From: Octopus bimaculoides
Lineage: Eukaryota
Length of the DNA stretch: 64,000 nt
Direction of reading: 5' to 3'
NCBI RefSeq assembly: GCF_001194135.2
Contig: NC_068993.1
Coordinates: forward strand, 52,974,565-53,038,564
In this document: positions 51,501-59,400 of the stretch, one piece after another
Position numbering within the stretch: the stretch's first letter is position 1
Layout: every line of letters begins with the position of its first letter
Made by a program: the position numbers and the translations under genes
Notes under the pieces: generated by a model
Database searches by the model: none
The model's input: only the letters and a program-made list of their open reading frames with translations
What the model was told of the DNA's origin: nothing

Positions 51501-54500
51501 ATGGCATTCACTGAATAGCCTCATATGAAAATAATGAGATATGGGAGTTACAGAATGTCTTATATGGCAGTTATAGTAACATGGTGTGATTACTGAATGA
51601 TCTTGTATTGTGATATTGTCACACAGCAGTTACAGAATAACCATATGTAGCAATATTGTCACATGGCAGTTACAGAATGACCTTATATGGTCATATTGTC
51701 ACACAATAGTTACTGAATAACCTTACATGGCTGCATTATCACATGGTAGCTGCTGCTGATTTTATATGGCCATATTGTTACACGATAGTTACTGAATGAC
51801 CTTATATGGCAGTACTCCTGAGCTTACTCCTGGTCCTATCAATTTATTTTCTATTTTAAAATGATGTAAATTAAAACTTCTTGTTAAAATTTCATGCAAA
51901 TTTATGTTTTAATCATCTGTTTAATAATAATGAAGTTATTTTACTATATTCGTTATTTTTTAAATTAATTGAAAGAAACTGTATAACAGAAATATGGTAG
52001 CAAAAGGTTTAAAATTTATGTAACTGACTTTTATAAGAATGTTTGTTGATTATTGATGTGTTTGTGTTGCAGACACCTGTTCCCATCAAATGGATGGCCA
52101 TTGAATCTCTGACACACAGAATCTACACAACGAAAAGTGATGTGTGAGTTTCTGTTCTATTATTCTAACACACTTGCTTTATATACACCAATACAAACAA
52201 CATACATGTACATAATATATATGTACAGTACATTATATATATGTGTGTGTGTGTTTGGCAGTCACCATGATAGATTACTAGCCACTAAACGTTTTTTATT
52301 TTCTTTCTGTGTTCCTTTCTGTCAAAGAGCGTAGGCTCAAAACATAAAAGACTTTCTCACTTCCCGAGCGTAAACAACAGTTAGAAAGTCTTTTACGTTT
52401 CAAGCCTACGCTCTTTGACAGAAAGGGACACAAAAATAAACGGAGAGAAAATAAAAAAATGTTTAGTGGCTAGCGATCTATCATGGTGAATGCCAAACAC
52501 ACACACACAGATATATATATATGTATATATATATCAACAATGGAAGCAGCCTTTGTAACAAATATTGTTTTGCACATCCAAATTAAGCTGCAGCAATCAT
52601 CCTAAGAAATCACCTTATGTAGACTATAGACATTAAGTGCTAAAAAGGCACAGATTATATTGGCAGATGAAATTTTATCAGCACCAGTGGATGGGACTGT
52701 TGTATCGTGTGGTTTTAGCATAATTTACGTTTCATCATCAACATGATTTCTTAGGATGATTACTGAAGCCTTCAAAGAAGCACATTTGGATGCACCAGTA
52801 TATATTATATCATCATCATCATCATCATCGTTTAACGTCCGCTTTCCATGCTAGCATGGGTTGGACGATTTGACTGAGGACTGGTGAAACCGGATGGCAA
52901 CACCAGGCTCCAGTCTAATTTGGCAGAGTTTCTACAGCTGGATGCCCTTCCTAACGCCAACCACTCAGAGAGTGTAGTGGGTGCTTTTACGTGTCACCCG
53001 CACGAAAACGGCCACGCTCGAAAATCCTACGGGAGCCAGTCAGGCGGTACTGGCAACGGCCACGCTCAAAATGGTGCATCTCATGTGCCACCCGCACAAG
53101 AACCAGTCCAGGGGCACTGGCAACGATCTTACTTGGCTTTCCGGGTCTTCTCACGCACAGCACATTTCCAAAGGTCTCGGTCAGTAGTCATATGTATATA
53201 TATATATTTATATAATACCAACATTAAAGGATGATGATGATGAATTTGTATTATGTATCTGTATTTGTAGTACTGTAGAAATTTTATTTGAATTCTTATG
53301 TCTTTCAATTGCAGATGGTCTTATGGAGTTTTTATTTGGGAATTATTTTGTCTTGGTAAGTTCCTCTGTTTATGTATTATTTTAGCTTTTGAACAGAGAA
53401 GGAGTGCTATAAAAACAATACCTTAATACTCCTGTAGCCTATGCAACCTAAACTTCTTTAGATTCATAAATCAACTTCAATATAGCTGATGAGGTCTAAA
53501 CAAGACCCAAAAGAGGAGTGATTCTTGTTTTTGGGTGATGCAGGCCTTAATTCATCACTCAGTTTAACACTGCCCTCTGGTCCTTATATGCTTTTAGCAA
53601 AATCCACATGTTGCCAGTGCTTCAGTGTGGACTTCAACCTGAAGCTAACCTCTTTGCACCAGCATTTTTTCAACATTCTAATTATTTTGCCAATATGACT
53701 GTTTTTGAATGTATTTTTTTTATTCATTTTCCCTATGCTCTTGAGATACAAGGCCAACAATTTTTGAGATAAGCAGGTTAGTTCATACTGTTAATCAACC
53801 CCAGTACTTGATTGGTACTTTATTTTATCAACCTGGAAAGGTTGAAAGGCAAAGTTGACCTCATCAACATTTGAACTCTAAGCATAAAGAGTTGAAATAC
53901 TGCAAAATATTTCTTCCAACACTAACACTTCTGTTAACTTGTCACCATACATATCATCATCGTCTTCATCATTTAACATTCATATTTCCATGCTTGCATG
54001 AGTTGGACATTTTGACAGGATCCATGCATTGTGCCCCAATCTCTGTTTTGGCACGGTTTTATGGCTGGATGCCCTTTCTAATGCCAACTACTTTTTAACC
54101 TGTACCGAGTGCTTTTTTTCACACCAATAACATGAGTGAGGACAGCACTCCGCTTGTAAGACTGCATATAATTTTTTTGATAACAACAAAAATTTACTTT
54201 ACATTTGACTAATCTTTGCAATCTTTGTCTTCCTTCAAAAGGTGGTAATCCGTACCCCAGCGTCAAAATAAATGAGAAATTCATTGATTTATTGAAATCT
54301 GGATACAGAATGGATAAACCTCAGTATGCAACTGATGAGATGTAAGAAGTGTTTTGTTTGTTTTTATGTTTTTTGTTATATTTTTTTATATCTTTGTAAT
54401 GAAAGTGTTAGATTAAATGTCAGAATGAATGTCGGATTAAATATGGTATGGCAGTTGAGTGTGTTTGTGATTGTGGGTGAATGCTAATATTTTGTTTGTC

Positions 54501-54710
54501 ATCATTTGAGTGAAATAATGATATATACATTACAACCAGTTGCTCTTTACTTTCAAAGACCTGTAGAGTAAAAAAAAAAATCCTTTACTTGAGAAAACAG
54601 GCAACAGTGGATGACAGGAAAAGCATCCGTAGATAAAATCTTTCCTCAAAACTATTCCCATTCAAGCTATACTAGCATGGAAAAGCATACATTTAACAAA
54701 TGACCAAAAG

Positions 54711-54743
<33 letters not shown>

Positions 54744-56301
54744 AGCCAACAAGGAAGCTGATAAGCAGTTGCTCAATCTACTTGAAATAGCAGTCAAATC
54801 TCCTTTAAATCATACGTGACTGTCTTAAAAGTAAGAAAGACATCAGATTATGAAAAGACAGGATGGTCCATACTGGAATGCCTCTAGCTATTTGATTGCT
54901 TGTTGGGGGTTGACCCAAGGCTAAAAATGACATATACCAAAACTAATATACTGTTGTTCTTGTAATTGGTGGTAGGGGTGATAGTTGTGGTGGTAATGAT
55001 GATGATGATGATGGTTGTCTTGTTTTAATTTACAGATACAAAGTTATGTGTGATTGTTGGAAGGTTGAACCAGGACAAAGACCTACATTTTCTCGACTTG
55101 CAGATACAATGGGCAGTTTTCTAGAAGCTGGAGTCAAGCAAGTATGTTTGCATTTCAACCACTTACAATTTGTCATATTCTAGCTACTGTAATACTTATT
55201 TGTGATACTAACCAAGCTACAACTGCGTTTCTTATGAAGTAGAAAAACTATTTAATTGATTTATTTCATTACTATATTTGCTTGATATGCTTATATACCA
55301 ATTCTAAAATAGGTATTCCATTTTTGTGCTTGGTTCTCTTACTCATAACATTGTATGTAATTAGTTAGAACGCTGACTGCACACTTACTTCATTTTACAC
55401 TTTCCATACTTCAGGTACAGATCTAATAAGTGTATATCATTTCTATCACATTGTTTATATAAATAAGCAAACATTAAATAAAACAATGATAATAATGGTT
55501 TATTCAATAATCAAGACAGTCAATCTTCTTCATTTTATGTATACAATCTTTTAACTTTGCATGACATCATTATAGACATCTCAGGTCTAACTAAAGTGAT
55601 ATTTACAATAAAAATTATCACAAAAAAAAAAAAAACTTTGATAACTGACCAACCAAATTATTATGGACCAAAAGCAAAATATAGATTTTTGATGATGATT
55701 GCTATCTGTTTTCTTTTCTGTGACTCATTTATTTATATATATACATTTTTTTTTTAATGCTTTTTCTTTTTCGTAGTACTACTTAGATCTGAGCCAAACG
55801 TATGTGGACTTACCTACAGAAAATTGTCAAGATGGCTATCTGAAAATGGATGGTACTGAGTATACCAAGATGTCTCCTCAAGTGCCTGATATCGACGCGG
55901 ACACCCTGTCAAGCCACTCCAGCCAAGCAGCAGCTATGCAAGAATATATGAACCCACGTTGGGCTAATGAAGAAGCTGAAAAGTATGAACTGGAAGCTAT
56001 GCTTCTTTCTAATGGTTCTTGTCTGCAGCCACAGGATGCAAATTCTAAACATACTAAAGCCCAAGTACACCATCAGGAAGATAGTGACAGTGGGCATTCA
56101 AGTGCCTATGCTCCTGGGACATCTCCAAATATCAATAACGATGAATATTTATTACCTCAGAGCATCGCATGCAAGAAACAAGCTGACGATTTGTTAACTG
56201 GTGACAATTTGGATTCCTTTGGTTCTCCATATCCTTATAATGATGTGGCACCTCCAGACTACAGTGCTGTGATGGAAGATGTTGGAGAAAAAGCCTTATG
56301 A
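18301..56301 (+). CDS. VEGFR: VEGFR/PVR-family receptor tyrosine kinase, multi-exon gene (7 Ig-like domains, TM, split kinase); 5' signal-peptide exon not located
   Basis: 25 exons (including the 30-nt microexon) join in frame with GT-AG sites and matching phases. Seven Ig folds, TM helix, [17 protein letters not shown] juxtamembrane, [31 protein letters not shown]. Stop TGA at 56299-56301. Family assignment is from established VEGFR/Pvr architecture; symbol is family-level only. Confidence 0.95.
18949..19111 (+). CDS. VEGFR: VEGFR exon, Ig1 C-half
   Basis: ttttatag|CAC...AGAG|gtaagt; HINRQG...[26 protein letters not shown]; DxGxF/YxC motif; phase 0 to 1. Confidence 0.9.
19404..19700 (-). 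mobile_element. SINE family A, young copy
   Basis: Reverse complement of 1-222 with few mismatches; (CAT)n tail at the left end. Confidence 0.85.
20045..21560 (+). mobile_element. Head-to-tail array of about 7 SINE family B copies ((ATT)n tails)
   Basis: Repeated GAGCTGGCAGAATC...GAGTTCAAATTCC...AAGTACCAG...AGAAAGGATTATTATT. Other copies at 14625-14775, 18620-18790, 23910-24355 (x2), 25790-26050, 31590-31812, 53760-53920(-). Confidence 0.85.
22084..22353 (+). CDS. VEGFR: VEGFR exon, Ig2 (ligand-binding domain in characterised VEGFRs)
   Basis: tttcag|AT...CAGG|gtgagt; [14 protein letters not shown]...YDPKMGF...YTGSFTC resembles VEGFR D2 (PCRxTxP, YDxxxGF); phase 1 to 1. Confidence 0.93.
22665..23000 (+). 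mobile_element. CR1-like LINE 3' fragment (second copy)
   Basis: Colinear with 16925-17280 over about 340 bp. Confidence 0.7.
24506..24642 (+). CDS. VEGFR: VEGFR exon, Ig3 N-half
   Basis: long polyY tract, cttag|AT...AAA|gtaagt; NQELTPEII...IEMNCRVEV...MEWILPSNK; phase 1 to 0. Confidence 0.92.
28470..28720 (+). mobile_element. SINE family A copy
   Basis: Same body and (GAT)n tail, followed by (CA)n. Confidence 0.85.
30440..30790 (-). mobile_element. L1/Tx1-like LINE 3' end
   Basis: ORF 30491..30799 [15 protein letters not shown]...[24 protein letters not shown]; homologous to 46200-46380. Confidence 0.6.
32226..33084. repeat. 280-bp inverted repeat flanking a 204-N gap
   Basis: 32226-32505 is the reverse complement of 32805-33084, with about 4 mismatches seen; Ns at 32506-32709. 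Confidence 0.9.
32506..32709. other. Assembly gap (204 N)
   Basis: Ns in sequence. Confidence 0.99.
36125..36296 (+). CDS. VEGFR: VEGFR exon, Ig3 C-half
   Basis: tttgcag|ACA...TACG|gtatgt; ...[16 protein letters not shown]...; phase 0 to 1. Confidence 0.92.
37440..37602 (+). CDS. VEGFR: VEGFR exon, Ig4 N-half (Cys-less)
   Basis: tttgtag|AA...CG|gtgagt; KEFVYLN...[18 protein letters not shown]...; phase 1 to 2. Confidence 0.9.
38840..38964 (+). CDS. VEGFR: VEGFR exon, Ig4 C-half
   Basis: ttaacag|C...ATTG|gtaagt; [18 protein letters not shown]; phase 2 to 1. Confidence 0.9.
40239..40448 (+). CDS. VEGFR: VEGFR exon, Ig5 N-half
   Basis: tcttacag|GT...CAGA|gtgagt; KPII...VTLICNV...[13 protein letters not shown]...; phase 1 to 1. 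Confidence 0.9.
41175..41306 (+). CDS. VEGFR: VEGFR exon, Ig5 C-half
   Basis: attttag|AT...AGTG|gtaagt; ...[13 protein letters not shown]...; phase 1 to 1. Confidence 0.92.
42221..42413 (+). CDS. VEGFR: VEGFR exon, Ig6 N-half
   Basis: gtttcag|AC...CA|gtaagt; [21 protein letters not shown]; phase 1 to 2. Confidence 0.92.
42831..42860 (+). CDS. VEGFR: 30-nt in-frame microexon in Ig6 ([10 protein letters not shown])
   Basis: ttttttatccttattattgcag|AAATGG...AAAAGT|gtaagt; phase 2 to 2, no stop, skippable in frame. Confidence 0.75.
43128..43326. mobile_element. Small palindromic MITE
   Basis: TTTACTGTAAAAAC ... GTTTTTACAGTAAA ends; internal CATGTAATTTAT / ATAAATTACATG. Confidence 0.55.
43581..43705 (+). 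CDS. VEGFR: VEGFR exon, Ig6 C-half
   Basis: tttttttcag|A...GAAA|gtgagt; TNYSNIL...[13 protein letters not shown]; phase 2 to 1; absent from the ORF track. Confidence 0.92.
44395..44581 (+). CDS. VEGFR: VEGFR exon, Ig7 N-half
   Basis: gtttcag|AG...AT|gtaagt; [19 protein letters not shown]; phase 1 to 2. Confidence 0.93.
45540..45643 (+). CDS. VEGFR: VEGFR exon, Ig7 C-half
   Basis: ttcttag|G...GGAG|gtaaat; [25 protein letters not shown]; phase 2 to 1. Confidence 0.93.
45780..46380 (+). mobile_element. L1/Tx1-like LINE 3' fragment with decayed zf-RVT-like motif
   Basis: TCQR..[12 protein letters not shown] and [14 protein letters not shown]...[14 protein letters not shown]; same family as 30440-30790. 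Confidence 0.6.
46510..46634 (+). CDS. VEGFR: VEGFR exon, transmembrane helix
   Basis: ttttacag|AA...CAT|gtaagt; [23 protein letters not shown] followed by KKVKIKH; phase 1 to 0. Confidence 0.93.
47662..47794 (+). CDS. VEGFR: VEGFR exon, juxtamembrane
   Basis: ttttatag|GAC...TTAG|gtaaga; [30 protein letters not shown]; phase 0 to 1. Confidence 0.95.
48303..48407 (+). CDS. VEGFR: VEGFR exon, kinase Gly-rich loop and VAVK
   Basis: gtttcag|GA...AAAG|gtaaga; [15 protein letters not shown]...VAVKMVK; phase 1 to 1. Confidence 0.97.
49578..49697 (+). CDS. VEGFR: VEGFR exon, kinase alphaC
   Basis: tttacag|AT...TATG|gtgagt; [27 protein letters not shown]; phase 1 to 1. Confidence 0.97.
49840..50210. 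repeat. CT-rich low-complexity tract
   Basis: Pyrimidine-dominated; produces spurious ORFs 49664..50218. Confidence 0.9.
50256..50521 (+). CDS. VEGFR: VEGFR exon, hinge plus kinase insert
   Basis: cttcag|GT...AAA|gtgagt; [18 protein letters not shown]...[16 protein letters not shown]; phase 1 to 0. Confidence 0.97.
51243..51365 (+). CDS. VEGFR: VEGFR exon, catalytic loop and activation loop
   Basis: ataaaag|TAT...GAC|gtaagt; [13 protein letters not shown]...[22 protein letters not shown]; phase 0 to 0. Confidence 0.97.
51433..51815. repeat. ~40-bp minisatellite, about 9.5 diverged units
   Basis: Consensus approx. TGACCTTATATGGCAGTATTGTCACATGGCAGTTACTGAA. Confidence 0.85.
52073..52143 (+). 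CDS. VEGFR: VEGFR exon, P+1 loop
   Basis: gttgcag|ACA...GT|gtgagt; [24 protein letters not shown]; phase 0 to 2. Confidence 0.96.
52244..52509. mobile_element. Foldback MITE / long hairpin
   Basis: Arms 52254-52357 and 52383-52497, about 90% complementary apart from one ~10-nt bulge; flanking (TG)n/(CA)n extend the stem. Confidence 0.9.
52572..52795. mobile_element. MITE with ~45-bp imperfect TIRs
   Basis: Perfect 18-bp inverted pair AATCATCCTAAGAAATCA (52595-52612) / 52744-52761, plus outer CATCCAAAT / ATTTGGATG. Confidence 0.65.
52810..53110 (-). mobile_element. SINE family A, young copy with internal repeats
   Basis: I see 1 mismatch to 17-215 over about 190 bp. Confidence 0.85.
53315..53355 (+). 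CDS. VEGFR: VEGFR exon, kinase alphaF (41 nt)
   Basis: attgcag|A...CTTG|gtaagt; [13 protein letters not shown]; phase 2 to 1. Confidence 0.95.
54242..54341 (+). CDS. VEGFR: VEGFR exon, kinase C-lobe
   Basis: ttcaaaag|GT...AT|gtaaga; [33 protein letters not shown]; phase 1 to 2. Confidence 0.95.
55036..55141 (+). CDS. VEGFR: VEGFR exon, end of kinase
   Basis: tttacag|A...CAA|gtatgt; [21 protein letters not shown]; phase 2 to 0. Confidence 0.96.
55777..56301 (+). CDS. VEGFR: VEGFR terminal coding exon, C-terminal tail
   Basis: tttttcgtag|TAC TAC TTA GAT...; same frame as ORF 55804..56301; ends VGEKAL*. Confidence 0.92.
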   Translation, partial: YYLDLSQTYVDLPTENCQDGYLKMDGTEYTKMSPQVPDIDADTLSSHSSQAAAMQEYMNPRWANEEAEKYELEAMLLSNGSCLQPQDANSKHTKAQVHHQEDSDSGHSSAYAPGTSPNINNDEYLLPQSIACKKQADDLLTGDNLDSFGSPYPYNDVAPPDYSAVMEDVGEKAL

Positions 56302-56437
56302 AAGTGTTCATTTGTTTCTTTTAAATGAAATTAATGATAGACTAAAGCTGTTCCTATGCAGTTTCCTGCTAATCACTGACAAGGTGATACTGGATTGTTT
56401 TTTTTTTTTAGGTGTGTGTGCATGTTCTGGAAATATA

Positions 56438-56443
56438 AATAAA
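56438..56443 (+). other. Candidate polyadenylation signal (first AATAAA after the stop; another at 56946)
   Basis: AATAAA hexamer only. The sequence is AT-rich, so the true 3' end cannot be fixed. Confidence 0.2.
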
Positions 56444-59400
56444 TATATTCTAGGATTATTTAATATATCCAGAGATAGCAGATATGCAACATCAAATCTA
56501 AGATTCAAGCAGAATTGATGCTTGGTCAAGCAAAACTGAACAAAGTAATCAAAAAAACTAATGGCTCCACTGGGGTTACTTTTGTACATAAACTACACTG
56601 AAGTACATAAACTATACATTTTTCTACAGAAATCAAATTCTTGATAGAAAAATCAGTTTTTTTTTTTTTATGTATTAAAAAAGAACATTCTCTTTCTTTT
56701 CACACTATTTTAAATATATTTTTATTATTATTCCATAATTGTTTATATTTTTAAATTCCATTCATCATCCTTCAGTTTTACCTTTAAAAAACTATAGTTC
56801 ACACCACTCTTATATCATTTCATTTCATCTGGATTTGGGGTGGGGGTCATAGTATTTAGGGTTGGCTAACATATCAAGGAAGAACTTAGTTAAGATTACT
56901 TGGAAATTTATTCCATACTCTGAAATCTGTTTGGATTGTTTCTTTAATAAAATGTTACAACACATTATGAGGATGAACTTGTACAGAAAGCATCTGTGGT
57001 TGTTTCTTTTAGCAATGGTTCATGAACAAACTGGGGTTTGCTACCATAATATTTTCACATGTGTCTATATCTGTGTGTGATGTGATCAGCACTTGAAAAC
57101 ATTCTGTGGAAAGCCAGCTAGATATTAACTTTGAAGTTCCAATCATCTGTGCATGTAGTGATTCTCATCTCATTCAACTAAATTCTTTAACTTTCTAAAC
57201 TTTTGGACCTAAGTTTGTTTTCGTTTTTTAGTTTACTTTTAGGATGGAATTTAGTTAGTTTTTCTGCCTATGATGGATTTTCACCTATCCTAAATTTCTT
57301 CAACACCTCATATAAAATATAAATTAAAATTTAACATCTTCAAATTACCCAAATTTAATATGTTGTTCTGTAGCAATTGGGTTTCATGTTATTGCAAATT
57401 AAGATATTTACATAAAATTCTTTGGCAGATATTTTAGCCGGTTGCTGCCCTTTTTAAAATCAAAACTCTGATAAAGTCAGAATGATACTTTGATTTCTCC
57501 TCACTAAACTGAAATAAGCAGAGGTGTGCATCTTGTCCCAGAACAGCTTACACCTACATTTTTGAGTTGTTAAATCACTGTTGAGTTCAGTAATATTTTT
57601 TTATTTTAAGACCATCAATGAATGAAAAAAAAAATCAAAGTCATGATGATGATGATGATGATGACCAAATTAAAAATCTAAAAGTAAAACATTTTGTCAT
57701 GAAATTAATGACCATATTCATGTTCATTTATATTTGGTCAATCTAAAACCATTACTTGTTCACTACTAAAAGTCTGTTGCAGGAATCCATGAAAGAATAA
57801 AATCTTCTTCATGATATTCTACAAATACATTAATTCATTTTACCACACATGTAATGTACAGCTTCAATGTACATTACACCACTCAAATCAGTAGTTCTCA
57901 ATAGCAACAGTCTTTCATCCTCAGTGCCTTCATCAAACAAATTCTTCCATTATTTTCAGTAGCCAAACTGTAAGACCCTGCTACATTTGTTACCAATAGA
58001 GTATAATATTTATTTTATACGGCCATTACTCAACGATGTCATCAATTTTAACTAAATAATTTCCTTCTCTTATACATATATGGCTGTGTGATTAAGAACT
58101 TTGTTTCACAACTGTGTGGTCTTGGTTTCAATTCCACTGCACGACATGTTGTCTTCTAATCATAGCCTTTATTCAACCAAAACTTTTTGGGTAAAATTTC
58201 AGAGATGAACTGTTGCTGTTGTTTGGTTGATAGGTTTAATCCAAGACCAGAAGAGTCTGGTCTGTTGCAAGTATGTAGGCCGAGTCAGATCTGTGGTCTG
58301 AAGATAACTCCCTCCTTTTCTCCTATCAGTCTTGGAGGCCCTAATAAAAGTGATGCATATTGCTCCTACTTCTGAAAAATACACAAAAGAAAATTATTGG
58401 TTTATATATCTTGACCAAAGAATGGATTTAGCATTATTTCATATCCTCTGAAAACCTGTGTGTGTGTGTGAACGTGAAAAAGAGAGAGAGATGCAGTGGT
58501 CAGTCACCTTTGCACCATGTTATCTTACCATATGGCAACTGGAGGTGAACTCTTATTAAGTTGATATTATGAAACGGTTTCAGTTCTAGATTAGAACCAT
58601 TTCAAAATATGATCAACATCACAAAATCCCCTTTTTCTGTAGACTATAATCAAAAGAAATCAGAGTTTATTCATCTGCTCTGAAATTTTAACATACAGAC
58701 ACCAGTTGGTGATTAATTAAACAGTTAATAGTTGCAGATTTTTTTGGAGAAATGAATAAAATCTTCTGTTGTTAGTATATTTTTAACCAGTTTAAAATCT
58801 TTGATTTATACAGTGGTTGGCGTTAGGAAGGGCATCCAGCTGTAGAAACTCTGCCAAATTAGATTGGAGCATGGTGTAGCCATCCGGTTGCACCAGTCCT
58901 CAGTCAAATCGTCCAACCCATGCTAGCATGGAAAGCAGATGTTAAACGATGATGATGATGATTGTGCATCAGTCATAATTTCCTGTATTCAGTCACCAAA
59001 AGATTAGTTGCTGCAATTTTCTTTTTTTCGAAGTGAAATTTTTTTCGCAAGTTGTTTAAATGTTAAATATGCAGCTTCACATTTATCCTATATGTCATAT
59101 GCCAAACAAACCAATTCAGTTACACAAAACGCAAAATATGATAGGGATATACACATACAAATGCATAGCAAATTTGGTTGTTTGGTTAAGAAGTTTATAA
59201 ATGGCACTTTAGGCAAGTGTCACCTGGTATGGCCTTGAGTTGAGCAATAGTTTGTAGGTGAAAATTGGTAGACAGAAATTGTACAGAAGTGTGTCTTGTA
59301 CATATATATATGTATAAACATATGTATGTGTATATCGGCAAGAAATTACTGATAAATTGATTAGTAAGATGGAAATGTCTTTAGGTAATTGTTCCATCTG

